From the human T2T-CHM13v2.0 reference genome, Homo sapiens, in assembly GCF_009914755.1 (NCBI RefSeq), contig NC_060932.1: 64,000 nucleotides of DNA; one strand, written 5' to 3'. Positions within the stretch are counted from its first letter, which is position 1. Every line of letters starts with the position of its first letter. The position numbers and the translations under genes are program-made. The notes beneath the pieces were generated by a model. It searched no databases. It saw nothing but the letters and a program-made list of their open reading frames with translations, and had not been told where the DNA came from. Positions 40,730 through 55,167 of this stretch are shown piece after piece.

Positions 40730-43060
40730 GACTTGCTGTGGTTTGGGGTAAGCAGCTTTGCTAGAGTTGGGGAAGTTCTCTTCTAATTCTAGTTTCCTGA
40801 GAAATGTTTTAGGATGATAATTATTGCTATAAACAGGTGTTGAACCTTGTCATTTTTATTATTATCATTATAAACAGATATTGAACTTCATCACATGTTT
40901 TTTATGCAACTCCTGGGATAATCATACGATGTTTTTTTTCTCCTTTGGTCCACTAATGTGGTGAATTGCCAGACTTTCTGCTGTTAAACCGCCCTGCATT
41001 CTTCCCGGAAACCCACCGACATGACTGGATTCAGTTAGCTAATGCTTTATTTAGTATTGTTTTCATCTATTTTTGCAGGTGAAATGGGCCTATCATTTTT
41101 TACTCCTTTCCTTGTCTAGTTTAAGAGTAACAATTAAATTAGCTTCATTAAATGGATCAGACCACTTTTTTCCTCTTTCTATTTTCTGGAACAGCTTCTG
41201 CAAGATGAGGATTATTTTCTCTATAAATGCTTTGTAGGATTTAATTGTAAAGGGATATGGGCCTAGTTCTTTAAAGGCAGGGACTGGCTAGGATTTTAAT
41301 TTTTTTACTCATTACTGGTCTGTTTGGGTTTTTTATTTATTCTTTGCCAATTTTGGCATTTCTCATTTTTTTCAGAAAATATCCAATCCATCTAATTTTT
41401 AAAATGTACTGGTACTTTATAATATTTTTGTAAGATTATTTGAATATTTAAACATCTATTGTGTCTGTCATTTTCCTTTTTTAATCCTGTCTTATTTCTT
41501 TTTCTCTCAACCACTTTTAACAGTGGTTTGTCTATCTTATTAATCTTTTCAAAAGACCTACATTCAGCTTTGCTAAGCTTCCGTGATTTCTTTGTTGTCA
41601 TTTGCTATTCATTTATGTCTGCCTTTATGTCTATGATTTCCTTCTTTTTCTTTAAGCTTATTCTGTTGCTACTTTTCCAGCCTCTTGAGATAAGCACTTA
41701 GCCCCTTTGTTTAAGATATTCTTTATCTTCTTAATGATGTATTTAAGGCTATCCCTTCTCTCCTAAGCTGCTTGATCTATGTCCCACAACTTTTGCCATG
41801 TGGCTTGTTCATTCATTTAATCCTAAATATTTTGTGACTGTTTTTATTAATTCTTCTTTAATCCAAAGACTGTTTAGTATTGTCATTTTTGTTTCTAGAC
41901 ACACAGTCTTTGGATTTTAACTGATTTGGAGTTTCATTGCATTTTGGTCAGAGAACAGTGATATGGTTTGGCTGTGTCCCCACCCAAATCTCAGCTTTAA
42001 TTGTATCACCCAGAATTCCCACGTGTTGTGGGAGGGACCCGGGGGATGTAATTGAATCAGGAGTGCCAGTCTTTCCCATGCTACTCTCGTGATAGTGAAT
42101 AAGTCTCACGAGATCCGATGGGTTTATCAGGGCTTTCCCTTTTTGCTTCTTCCTCATTTTTCCCTTGCTGCCATCATGTAAGAAGTGCCTTTCGCCTCCC
42201 ACCATGATTCTGAGGCCTCCCTAGCCATGTGGAATTGCAAGTCCAGTGAAACCTCTTTTTGTTCCCAGTTTCAGGTATGTCTTTATGAGCAGTGTTAAGA
42301 TGGACTAAATACAAACACTATCTGTGAGATGCGTATGATATTGGTCCTGTGGAATTTATTGAGGCTGTTTTTGTGCTCTGATTTATGGCCAATTTTGTAA
42401 ATGTTCTACGTATAATCAAAATGCATTTTCCGTTATGTTTAAATTACATATTTGCACATAATTGTACACACACATTTAAGATTATTAAAAAGTTGTTCAA
42501 ATCTTCTGTATACTTAATAAATTTTGTTTCCTTGCTCTATAAACTTATGAGAGAAATATGTTAAAATATTCAAATAAAATGGTTGATTTATCTATTTTTC
42601 TCTGTTTCTACAGCTACTTTTTATATGTATGTGCATGTGTATAAATATACACACATACATATTTGAGGCTATCTTACTAGGTGTGTATATATTTTTCATG
42701 ATTTTATAGACTTATGATCCTTTATTCCTTTTACTGGAATATAACGTTCCTCCCTTTTTTTTCTTATAAAATTTTTTGGCTCATGTTTGCTTGCTATTTC
42801 TTCTTTTACCCTTTTATTTCCAATCTCTTGTTGTGTATCTTGCAGAAAGTGTATTCTTAAGTCTTGTGTTTTTAATCCAATTTAAGTCTCTATATTTTGA
42901 ATTATGATTTTAACTCATTTATATTACTATAAATTGATGTTATATTAAGAATTATGTTTGCTATTTATTTCACATTTCTTATTTCACATTTTCATACTTG
43001 TTTTTCCTTCTTCCCTTTTTTCCACTGGATAGATAAAACTTCCCTCTGCTGGTCTGAATG
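40730..43060 (-). mobile_element. old L1M fragment split by THE1A
   Basis: T-rich; ttttctggaacag, ggtttgtctatcttattaatcttttcaaaaga, gcattttggtcagagaaca. Confidence 0.8.
41959..42313 (+). mobile_element. THE1A-like MaLR solo LTR
   Basis: tgatatggtttggctgtgtccccacccaaatctc...gtgaataagtctcacgagatc...ggactaaataca; TSD aacag/aacac. Confidence 0.92.
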
Positions 43061-43234
43061 CTCTATGTTCTTTTTTTTATGGTATTGGCCTAATTTACTC
43101 TCATTATTCAGGCTAAAACTGTGGGCGGTATCCTTGGTTCCCCTCCTTCTCTCACCAGTCCATAAGGATGTCCAGTTAGCTCTTCCTTCAAAATACATTC
43201 AGAATCTTATGGGGATATGAGATACATATATATA

Positions 43235-43423
43235 TTTCTTTTTTTTTATTTTATTTTATTTATTTTTTTTAAGACAGGGTCTCACTCTGTCACCCAGGCT
43301 GGAGAACACTGGTGCAATCATGGCTTACTGCAGCCTTGACCTCCTGGGCTCAGGTGATCCTCTGGATTCAGTTAGCCTCTAAAGTAGCTAGTACCACAGG
43401 TGTACACCACCATGCCTGGATAA

Positions 43424-43470
<47 letters not shown>

Positions 43471-43597
43471 TTTTTATAGAGACAGATTTTCGCCATGTTG
43501 CCCAGGCTGTTCTTGAACTCCTGGGCTGAAGCAATTCGCCCACCTCAGCCTCCCAAAGTGCTGCAATTGCAGGCATGAGCCACCACACCCAGCCTGG
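43235..43597 (-). mobile_element. AluJ with (TG)21 in the central linker (43426-43467)
   Basis: agacagggtctcactctgtcacccaggctgg...ctcctgggctcaggtgatcc...gagccaccacacccagcc. Confidence 0.95.
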
Positions 43598-43602
43598 CCC
43601 CT

Positions 43603-43968
43603 TGTATTAGTCTCTTCTCATACTGCTATAAAGAAATACCCAAGACTGGGTAATTTATAAAGAAAAGAGGTTTGATTGGCTCACAGTTCTGCAGGACGTA
43701 CAGGAAGCATGGCTGGGAGGCCTCGGGAAACTTACAATTATGGCAGAAGGTGAAGGGGAAGCAGGCTCATCTTACATGGCCAGAGCAGGAGGAAGAAAGA
43801 GAAGGGGGAGGCACTACAAACTTTTAAACGACCAGACCTTGTGAGAACTCACTCACTATCATGAGAACAACCAAGGGAAATACATCCCTATGATCCAATC
43901 ACCTCCCACCATTGGCAATTATAATTAGATGTAAGATTTGGGTGGGGACACAAATTCAAACCATATCA
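43603..43968 (-). mobile_element. MSTA/THE1D-like MaLR solo LTR
   Basis: tgtattagtc...ctgggtaatttataaagaaaagagg...aaaccatatca; perfect TSD cccct. Confidence 0.9.
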
Positions 43969-43973
43969 CCCCT

Positions 43974-45085
43974 GATTCCTCATCACTTCCACTGACACCC
44001 TCATCTCCTACCTGAGTCAATGTCCTCATGTCCCAACTGGTCTCCAGTCTTCCATCTTAGCTGCCTAGAATATGTTCTGATTTAAAAGCCATATCGGTGC
44101 TTTTAAAACATTAAGGCCACATTGTTCCCCTGCCCAAACTCTCCATCATCTGCTCACATCACTCAGAGGAGTCAAGCTCATGTAATGGCCTACGGGCACA
44201 CCCCTCCTGGGAGACACCCTCTCCTCCCAATCTCCCCTTGGCCCTCTCCACTCCAGCTCCACTGCTGTTCTTCACACAGTGGGGCATGCTGCAACCTTAG
44301 GGCCTTTTCACTCTTCTCTCTTCATAGAACACTCCTCCCTGAGACAGCCATGTAGCTAACTCCCTCATCTCCTTCAGGACTGGGCTGGAACGTCTCCTTC
44401 TCAATGAGACCTACCCTCCCATTTTACCTCAGTTGCAGCCCTCCCCATCCTGGCACTCCCAATCCTTCTCCGTGCCACCTCGGGTTTTGCATAATACTTA
44501 CAGGCTTCTATCATACCTTTATCTATTTATTCATTCATTTCTTATGCTTACTGAGTGCCTTCTGTCTCTCTCACTCCATGAAAACATTAGGGGTGTCCAT
44601 GAAAACTGCAAGGCTCAGATCTCTGCTGTGAGAAGCACAATGGACTCACCGTCTCAGCTCACCCCTTGGGACCCACCATCACATTCATATTGAGTTCACA
44701 CTTCCCACGGGCTGTTTCCAGCCAGCAGCTGAGCACAGCAAGGTCATTAACACGGATCCATTTGGCAAAATGCAAGACTCTCTTATGGGTGACTTTGGTT
44801 CAAGAATTCCCCGCTGGTGGGGCCAGAGCATTCCTGGAATTGCACTTCAGCCCAAGGCTGTTCTACTCCAAGCCTCCTCCCTTCCCTGTCTCCTTCTGCA
44901 GGCATCAGACCTGCATCACAGTGTGAGGCTCTCCTTGTCTTTCCTTGCTCTTTCTCCAGGAAACGTCATCCTATCATGGCATCTTCTTCTCAGTGGAACC
45001 GGACTAATGTATGGGTTTTGTTCACTGATGTACCCTGAGTACCTAGACTTGGAATGAGTGTGCAGTAAGTATCTGTGGAAGGAAC
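43974..45085 (+). mobile_element. L2 3' region split by an LTR16-like element
   Basis: gctaactccctcatctccttcagg...ttctcaatgagacctaccct; ttttgttcactgatgtaccctgagtacctaga. Confidence 0.7.
44579..45011 (+). mobile_element. LTR16-like ERVL solo LTR
   Basis: caggcatcagacctgcatcacagtgtgaggctctcc...ttctcagtggaaccggactaa. Confidence 0.65.
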
Positions 45086-45279
45086 GTCTAATGAAGGCTA
45101 AGTGCAAACCAATAGCATTCATCTTAGGGGCTGCCCCGAGATCCTGCTCTTACACTCCCTTGATTTGGCTCTGTAATAGGGAAGGTGGAGATGTGTCCTT
45201 TATAGCCTGGTTCTGACAAGTTAGCTCAATGAAAACTAGAATTGAGATCCCAGGGTCTAACTGGGATAACCAATACCTG

Positions 45280-45540
45280 TGTAGTGGTATAGAATGTTTT
45301 TAAATACCTTTACAAACATTGTCATATGACCCTTACCCCAATGCTGGGAAGTACATTTTTCTGTATCTTAAAGTTGATTAAAACACACACACACCCCACA
45401 GACACACACACAGACACACACACCCCACAGACACACACACACAATAGTTATCTGAGTTGCTCAAGATCACACCACAGAGCCAGGATTCAAACCTAATTGT
45501 TCGCTTCCTGGGCCAACACTCTTCCCACTGCACCATGCTG
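45280..45540 (-). mobile_element. MIR containing a CA-rich microsatellite (45383-45443)
   Basis: gttgctcaagatcacac...gagccaggattcaaacc. Confidence 0.65.
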
Positions 45541-46466
45541 AAGTGAGCCCCAGTATCAGAGACTGGGAGAAGAGTAAAAGTTAGTGACTTGTGGATTAAT
45601 CCAGTCAGGGACCAGCATAGGCTCACAGCTAAGAGACAGGGCAGGCCTGGAGAACCAGACTTGGGGATAGGACCTCCCTGCTGCTCTGCTCCAAGCGGAG
45701 TGGTAATGGCGTTCCATGGAGTTGCACACCACTTCCTGAGCCTCAAGGGATGTCGAGAAGACTTAGCTAAATAAGAGTGGAATAGAAAAGAGACACAAAG
45801 GGAATATAGCCTTCTCATCCAGTCTGGGAAGAAGAGACTGGGTATATGATAAAGGCCTCTAGAATCAAAAGCTCTCCAAAGATGCTCTCCCGCCCTCTCC
45901 AATTGGAATGAAGTGAGCTGTCTTCCAATCCCATAAACCTAGCAGAACCTTTCATGCCTACCATGATGAGAAATTTTTTGCACTCAGAGCAGTAGAGCAG
46001 GAGTTGTGCAGCTACCCGCCGCTCTGCTTCTGGGGAGGGGGCGAGAGAGTCCCCTCCCCAGGGACACTAATGAGATCCTCCTGGAGAATGCAGCAGAAGG
46101 CCTCCAGTAAGTGGGCAGCCAGGCATTCAATCACCAAGGAGCTCCAATGGGGAGCTGTGATCACGGACAGAGGAGGAACTTACCAAAACCCATGGCCCTT
46201 GTGTGCCGCTAGCTAAATGAGGCCCCTTCTCTCTTTTGAAGCCTAAGGCAGAACCTACCGGCCTCTCCTTCTGCTCATCTGAGCCGAGGTCTCCAACCCC
46301 TCAGGCCCGTATTTGCTTCCAGCTAGCTCTAGGGTCCCAGTGGGGAGGTGGCATCCAGAGCTTCCCAGCCAGCCTGCTGCAGCACAGTGGTGGGACAGGA
46401 GTAGTTACAGGTTTACAAGACATTAATCTCTCCCTGATTTATTCTAGTGTGCCCTCCAAATGGTAT

Positions 46467-46742
46467 TTTTTTTTTCACTCTTTTTCCCAGGCTGGAGTGC
46501 AATGGCACGATCTTGGCTCACTGCAACCTCTGCCTCCTGGGGTCAAGCAATTCCCTGTCTCAGCCTCCTGACTAGCTGGGATTATAGGCGCCCGCCACCA
46601 TGCCCAGCTAATTTTTGTATTTTTAGTAGAGATGGGGTTTCACCATCTTGGCGAGGCTGCTCTTGAACTCCTGACCTCGTGATCCACCCGCCTCAGACTC
46701 CCAAAGTGCTGGGATTACAGGCGTGAGCCACCGCGCCCGGCC
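46467..46742 (-). mobile_element. Alu (AluSg-like), 3' end partly deleted
   Basis: cctgacctcgtgatccacccgcctc...gccaccgcgcccggcc; TSD aatggtat. Confidence 0.93.
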
Positions 46743-48189
46743 TAATGGTATCATTTTCTATGCATGCCATGATGTCAGAAGGAAGAAAGGAAGAAAGGGA
46801 GGAAAAAAGGGAGGGAGGGAGGGAAGGAAAGAAAAGTGGAGAAACTCTGGAGCTCCCATTGAATCTCCTCCCTCCTCACTCACTAGAGGCTGCCCCACTC
46901 TCCATTCATTCATTCATTTATTCAACTAAAATGTTCTGGGCACCCACCAGGTGCCATATACATTCCAGTATGTCAACTGCAAATTCTTCTGCCAGGGAAG
47001 AGGTGCCCTCTCCATGCAGAATCTGCCTAACGGTGGGCCCCAGATCCCCATCCATAAATTGAGGGGCCAAACCACATTCTGCCCAAGGTCCCTGGTCTTT
47101 CCATGAGACCAGAAAGGATTCAGGGAACATCAGCACTCATCTTTCATCTACTCCTTGCTCCCCTCCCCCTCTCCCATTCAAGCACTAGACCTTTCTTTGA
47201 CCATTGTTTCGGGGCAGGAACCTGCAGGACAGAAAACAAACAGGCCTGCAGCCTCTTCTGGCCTCTAGTATGTCAAAAGCTTGTGTCCTCTGGGACCTGA
47301 GAGGACTCGGTGGACCAGGGAGGCAGGGGAACCCTCACCTCCATTGCTGAGAGTTCAAGGATGCCTTCCCACCTTTCTAAATACTATTTCCCTGTGCTGA
47401 GGAGAGATGACAGACACAGCCGAACAGGCCAGCTGGGGGAAGAGGGATGTCCCAGTAGCACCCCCTTGGACACGTGACTATGGCAGATGGGCACAGTGAC
47501 ATCTCAGGGGACACCTGCAGAGACAGTTGATGTCAAGGACCAGATGGGTTCCCACCCAAAACCCACAGTTCAGCCTAACATTTCCCAAGCCTGGGATGCC
47601 TGATGTGCAGGCAGGTGAGCTTCTGAAGGCCACAGGGTGGAGAGGCAGGTCAAGGAGTGGGTAGCTTGACCTTGACCATCTAAGCCCGCTCAGTATGAGG
47701 AACTGGGGGGGGGATGGGACCCTGGACCTGGCTGGGAAGTGGAAAATACCAAAAAACACCTCAAAGATGAGACCCAGCAGCCAGCCTGCTTCCTCTGAGG
47801 CAATGGCAGCCTGGGTGGATTTCAACCTGGGTTCTGCGCTCTCCTTCCCCTCCCCAACAGCCGTCCTCACCTCAGACCCCTCCCCAGTCCCACCTTGGCC
47901 TCATTCATCCCCAGTGCCAGCCGCAGTCTGCCATGCCTCGCCAATACCTGTCAGTCAACCACAGGGCTCCATCAGCCACGACCCTAGCAACCCCATGCAT
48001 CCCAGCCACGAAAGGCAGAGCCTCGGTTTCCAGATCTGCCTGCCACCCTTGCCCAGGCTGTTCCTCCCTTCACCACCTCCTATTGCCTCTCGCCAATCCA
48101 TCCAGCAGCCCCCGTCCCACACAGGAGCCCAGCCAAGTCCCTCAGGGGCTGCCCCTGTCCATCTGTGGGCCTTACTGTGTAGCTCTAAC

Positions 48190-48490
48190 TACCTAACAAC
48201 TGCAGTGTAATTACACCCCCCACCCTCCCCTACCAAGCTGCCTGCCCCACAGCTCCCAGGGCATTAGGCACTACTTAGGGGAAAGTGCTGCTAATAGAAA
48301 ACAGTAAATGAACAAGGGCTGTTGCAAGCACCTCGCTTCCTTCCCTTAATTTACAACAAACCTCTGTTTATTGAGCCAGTAACAGATTTGAACACCGACT
48401 CATAAGAGGCCCTTCTCGCAGACACTGTGTATCTGGCAAATGATTCCCCTTCCACTGAGGTGTGTTCAGAATTCAGCACAGGCTATTTAC
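48190..48490. promoter_or_regulatory. candidate enhancer
   Basis: palindrome GTGTAATTACAC 48205-48216, ttaattta, FOX-like tgtttat, gctatttac in non-repeat sequence. Confidence 0.3.
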
Positions 48491-49082
48491 AGGGCTGCCT
48501 GGGGAGGGCCAGGAAGGGGACTCTTCACTGCAGCCCAGACTGCAGAGGAGCTGGGAGCAGGGGTGGGTTGTAGGGAACTGTCCCATAGAGGATCAGTCAC
48601 CTGGACCCTAACCCCCAGCCTGTGAGCAGCTCAGGTGCAGGAGGGCAGAGGTATGGAGCAGATACGTTTCCAGAATTGGAACCCCTGGCATTTCCATGGG
48701 GCTGTCTGGCCACTCTACCTACTAAGCTTCAGCGTCTGCTCTCTCCTTCTGTCCCCTACCGACTCCATGAAGAAGGCCACACACAGATATGGCCATCTCC
48801 ATTTGACAGATGAGAAGACAGAGGCCCAGAAGGCAGAAATACAGTGGCTCCAGGCCACAGGGCTTTTGGTTTAGCATGTGTTCCCAGTCCCAGGAGGACA
48901 TCCTATCTTCTTTCTTTTGATAGGGCAGGGAGAAAAGAAGGTGACAGCAGCCCCATCACACACACACCCTGCAGGTGGTAGGAGAGGGTCACACACTCCC
49001 CACCAGAAGAGAAACAAAAGGCACTCAAGGCTGTCCTGTGCTCAGGCATATGACTACAAGGGCTGTGCCCAGGCCCAGGCTA

Positions 49083-49700
<618 letters not shown>

Positions 49701-49754
49701 TGCTTCTTCTCTTTCTTCACCCTTTTATCCTCGCTAAGGATACATTATCTTCAA

Positions 49755-50240
49755 AGAGTTTTTCCCCAAGGTCCAGATCCCCATTAACAGACCCAGATAT
49801 TCTGAGGCCAGGCTTCACATGGCGGTGACTTTTTAAGGAAGTTCTCCCGGAGAAAACTGTAAGGAAGAGGGGGACACATGACAGGGATGTAGAAGGAGCC
49901 AAGCACAAGTGGAATCTCAGGTAAGGTCCCCTTTAGATGACTTCAGCCCAATCCCTCGGAGAAGTTCGTGAGTGTCAGTTACACAACAGAGACCCCCTGA
50001 TGGTGAGGCCAGTGAGCTAGGCTCTCACCCTCCTCCAATCCCAGGTAACAGTGGAAAGCTGGGGGTGGGGTGAGTCCCTGGCAGCTGGCGAGGCAGCTCC
50101 AATACCCCCAGAGCTGTCTTGCTCAGGGGTAGGTGTTGGAAGCAAAAGCTCACTGCAGCCAGGAACAGACTCACAGAAACAGGAAGTGGGGACCTTGGGG
50201 ATGAGCATGGAGGGGACCCCAGCTCATAATTGGTCCCAAT
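49755..50240. mobile_element. old ERVL/MLT1-type LTR fragment
   Basis: ttaaggaagttctcccggagaaaactgtaagg...ggagccaagcacaag...ctcaggtaaggtccc. Confidence 0.45.
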
Positions 50241-50286
50241 CTGCTGACTGGAGTGAGACCCATGTTACTGAGTATGTGAGGACAAG

Positions 50287-50834
50287 TATGATGGTTAATA
50301 GTGAGTGTCAACTTGATTGGAATGAAGGATGCAAAGTATTGTTCCTGGATGTGTCTGTGAGGGTGCTGCCAAAGGAGATTAACATTTGAGTCAGTGGGCT
50401 GGGAGAGGCAGATCCACCCTCAATCTGAGTGGGCACCATCTAATCAACACCCAGCGTAGCTAGAACGAAGCAGGTAGAAGAAGGTGGAAGGAGCAGGCTG
50501 GCTGAGTCTTCTGGCCCTCATCTTTCTCCTGTGCTGGATGCTTCCTGCCCTCAAACATCAGACTCCAAGTTCTTCAGCTTTTGGACTCTTGGATTTATGC
50601 CAGAGGTTTGCCAGGGGCTCTCAGGCCTTTGGCCACAGACTGAAAGCTGCACTGTTGACTTCCCTACTTTTGAGATTTGGGGACTCGGACCGGCTTCCTG
50701 GCTCCTCAGCTTGCAGACGGCCTATTGTGGGACTTCACCTTGTGATCGTGTGTGTCAATTCTCCTAATAAACTCCCTTTCATATATACATCTATCCTATT
50801 AGTCCTGCCGCTCTAGAGAACCCTCACTAATACA
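50287..50834 (+). mobile_element. MLT2A2-like ERVL solo LTR
   Basis: atggttaatagtgagtgtcaacttgattgg...gcttgcagacggcctattgtgggacttcacc...ctagagaaccctcactaataca; TSD acaag/ccaag. Confidence 0.92.
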
Positions 50835-51669
50835 CCAAGCAAAGGTGACTCCTGGTACTTGGAGAAGACCTTTTCAAGTGTTGGCCAACACTTACACAGA
50901 CGCTCTAACACTCTCCCAGTAGCTTCTGCCTGAAGCAGACAGGGCAGATGGCATTGCCTTCTTCTAGGAAGAAATCAAGGTCCAGAGAGGTGTGACGATT
51001 CACCCCAAGCCACAAAGCTAATTAATAGCACCCCAAATCCAGGTCTCTGGACTCCAAGTACCAGCCTCCCTCCAAAAATAGTGTTTAAACACACTCACAC
51101 ACCCCATAGTTGATCTTCTATGTGAGAATTTGTCAGCTTTTCAGAAGGGAGGCATGGATGGAAACTAGTGCAGAAACTAAGACATCAGGGGCCAGATGAA
51201 GGGGCCTTCTCTCCAGGACACGCAATTAGGTCAGCAAGTTAGGTTAACAAGCTCCTTTGTGTAACGTGGAAATAATCTGGAGAGAACTAACCTGTACCTG
51301 AGACTCGCCAAATCAGGGAATTTTTTCCATTCATTTGCTCCCCTCCAAAACCATCAGGATACTGTGAGAAGAGGAGCTTCAGGGGGAAGGGAGGGAATGT
51401 TTACATCTCTTCCTTCCAGAAGCCTGTGCTGAGCCCCACGGGCTGTGCTGAGACCTTGCGGCATTGATCACACTGTTGTCATTGCTTCCTCAGTGATCTT
51501 TTCCTCCACTACTCGACCACCAGTTCCTAAGAGCCAGAGCCGGCTGCTCCTCCGCTGCTATGTCCCTTGGCACATAACAGTCAATTAGTGTTTGTTGAAA
51601 GAATAACTGAGCACCTGTCACTTAGGAAGGAGTAGGACTCTGTGATGCAGACCTCAAGAATCAGGGGCT

Positions 51670-51997
<328 letters not shown>

Positions 51998-53574
51998 TCA
52001 AAGAGAGAGGAGACCCCAAAGAACACAGAAAGGAACATAAGAAGGTTACAAAGATATCTTTGGCTGCCCATGAAATGGTCCCCTGTAAGCAGCAGTTCCC
52101 TGCAAATACTCATCACACATACTGGCCCAGGGCCGTTCCCTGGAGCCTCTGGGCCCCAGTAAGGATGAGAATCTTCCTCAAAGTGGGGTCTCTTTGGAAG
52201 TACCTCCAGACTCCCTTGAGCTCACGCTGGAGGAGGAAGGGAAAGGAAGAAAAAGAAAACAGTGAATGGAGGGTGAGCAGAGCAGCTCGGGCTGCGGGGT
52301 TCCCAGCGCTCAGCTTGGATCTCTCCTAGTGCTTTGGCTCAAGAACCTGGGAGAACTGCCAAGAGCTTACAGGGTGGCAGGAAATGGGGACTGAATGCCT
52401 GCAAAATTTACAGAAAATAATGGAGGGAGGAAAAACATCTGTTTCCAGATGGGGTTGAAGGTTGGATGCACTGTTCATTCTCTCTGGGTGCAGAGGGAGT
52501 AAAACCACACAGACCCAGGAGTGGCGAGTGGGGGCAGTGGGTAGGAGCAGCCAGCCTCCACATGCCACTGTCAGCCTGTGGACAGGGCCAGTGCCCGTGG
52601 GCGCTTCCTGTTCAGGCCTTCCTGCCCTGCATTCTTTATTCCAGCAAAAGCTGCTCTGTCCTCTCCAGCAAGGGGCTTCTCCTCACCATGAATGTCTGCT
52701 GGAGAGAGATCCCAGTGCTGGGCAGCAGGCCAGGCAGGAACCAGAGCTCCAGCTGGGAAGCCTCTAGAGATGACCTAGGGCAGCTTCTCATTTGCCTGGG
52801 GAGGAAACTGAGGTTGGCAGAGGAGAGGGGCGGTGTCCCAGGTCTCATGGCTACCTTTACTCCCTCCTCCAACATTATTGTTGCCATGGGCAACAGGACC
52901 TGCAAACAACAGTGCATATGGGTCAAGGGCAGGATCCAGGCAGGGCAGGGTGGTGGAGAGACATGGAGCTACCCTTGCCAACACCTCCACCCAATACCTA
53001 CCACAGGCTGGGGTTTGGCAAATCCAATCTCTGTCTCATAATTCCCCGTTGTTAGCAGCATGTCAAGAACCCCAAGTTTTTCCAAGACAGGCTCTCATTA
53101 GTCCTTTCGGACTTCAGGGAGACGCAGGAAGGAGATACACATTGTCCTCTGATACAAAAAAAAAAAAAAAAAAGCAACAAACTGGAAAATCAAGGCCAGG
53201 AAAGAGATGGGGCAAAGGGCTAAGCTTTAGAGGCCCCGTGCTACCATTGAGCTAGGTGGCCAGCATTCGTGGCTCAGAGCACAGCTCTGCCACTACCTTG
53301 TCCCTTGGGCTGTGGGTCCACAGAAAGCCTGGTTAGAAACTTACTGGGCCCAGGGCCCTCCTGGGTCCTCCTGGCAGCATTCTCAGCCAGCCAAGTGAGT
53401 TAAAGGGCCAATGCTTGGTGCCAGCTCCAAACAAACATCTCCCTAACTTCTAGATAGCCTCTCAGAGACAGCCTCAGACTCTCTCAAAGGACCAAGACCA
53501 GCCTCATATCCCCTGTACCCACCCCACGGTCATGATATGGGTTACTCCCTGCAGTGCTCCATGGAGATTAGCTG

Positions 53575-54221
53575 CATTGGGGCTCAGAAAACAACTCCCC
53601 AAAATGAAGGCTTCAGAAACAGCCTCAAAAGCAAAAGTCTTTCTCTGCCCTTCTCCTGCCCTCCTGGCTTCCGGTCTCATTCTCCCTCGAGGCTACCCAG
53701 AGACACTAGAATCCTTCTTCCCCAAGCTGGGTCATAGAAACCAGGACCCCTTTTCTTCAAAGCCAGCCATAAAACCTAAAAATATGACTCTAACTTTCCC
53801 CCTGCCTTTCTTTGTAGACACTGGCCATAAGGAAATTACCTGACCTACCTTGTTTGACTGTAGGTCATGAGACCCTCACTCCAGAGAAAGCCTGCCACAC
53901 ACCCAGAAGGAAGGAAAGCTGCTCAAAGAGGCCAGGAAGAATCTAGACAGACAGGCCTCGCTGGGTTTCCTACTCAGTCTGTTAGTATTATATCAGACTC
54001 TTTTAGTCCAATCATATCTCTACACAGCTGTCCATCCTTTGTTGAACCGAAGCTTAAGAATGGACAATTTCCTCTGTATCTTTGGGTCTTTATTCTGAAG
54101 GTTTCCATGTACACACATTAAATAAATTTACATGGCTTTTCTCCAACTAATCTGCTTTTTGCAAGTTGATTTTCAAGAAATCTTTACAGGGCCAGAGGGA
54201 ACTTGGCATGGCAACCCCTAT
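53575..54221 (+). mobile_element. MER39-like ERV1 solo LTR
   Basis: ttggggctcagaaaac...ccccaaaatgaagg...agccagccataaaacctaaaaat...gaatctagacagacaggcct...attaaataaa. Confidence 0.85.
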
Positions 54222-54441
54222 CCAGCTCTCAGGCCTAGGTTTTCTTACTACATTAGCTCTTACAAAAGGGGAGGGAATGTTTCCTGGGAGGGGAGGAAGC
54301 ACCAGAGGGATCTCTTTTAAGCATCTTCCATCAGTTTTTCCTGAATGAGGTTTGGGAGTGGGGAAGGAATATCCATTGGAACTATCAGGATTCCCTACAG
54401 AGGGAGGAGGAGGAGTTTGAAAAACTGTCTTCAAAATTATA

Positions 54442-54742
54442 GGTCTGGCTTGGTGGCTCACGCCTGTAATCCCAGAACTTTGGGAGGCTGAGGCAGGCGG
54501 ATCACTTGAGACCAGGAGTTTGAGACCAGCGAAACCTTGTCTCTACTAAAAATACAAAAATCAGCTGGGAGTGGTAGTGCACACTTGTAATCCCAGCTAC
54601 TCAGGAGGCTGAGGCATGAGAATCACTGGAACCTGGGAGGCAGAAGTTATAGTGAGCTGAGATCACGCCACTGCACTCCAGCCTGGGCAACAGAGTGAGA
54701 CTCTGTCTCAAAAATAAATAAAATAAAATAAATAAAAATAAA
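54442..54742 (+). mobile_element. Alu (AluS-type) with (AAAAT)n tail
   Basis: dimer with a small deletion after gagaccagc. Confidence 0.95.
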
Positions 54743-54754
54743 GATTACAATATA

Positions 54755-55167
54755 CAGTTGACCTTGAACAACACGGATTTGAACTACACAGATCCACTTA
54801 TACACGGATTTTCTTCTACTTCCGCCACCCGAGATAACAAAACCAGCCTCATCCTCCCCTGCCCACTCAACCTGAAAACGACGAGAATGAAGACCTTTGT
54901 GATGATCCACTTCCACTTAATGAAGAGTAAATATATTTTCTCTTTCCTATTTCTTAACATCTTTTCTCTAGCTTACTATATTGTGAGAATACAGTATGTA
55001 AAACATATAACATAGAAAATATTATGTTCGTTGACTTTATGTTATTAGTAAGGCTTCGGGTCCACAGTAGGCTGTTAAGTTTTAGAGGAGTCAAAAGTTA
55101 TAAGTAGAGTTTTTACTGTGTGGGGAAGTCAGCACCCCTAACCCCTGTGTTGTTCAAGGCTCAACTG
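54755..55167 (+). mobile_element. Tigger2a (MER28)-like DNA transposon
   Basis: TIRs cagttgaccttgaacaacac...gtgttgttcaaggctcaactg; TA TSD on both sides. Confidence 0.9.
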
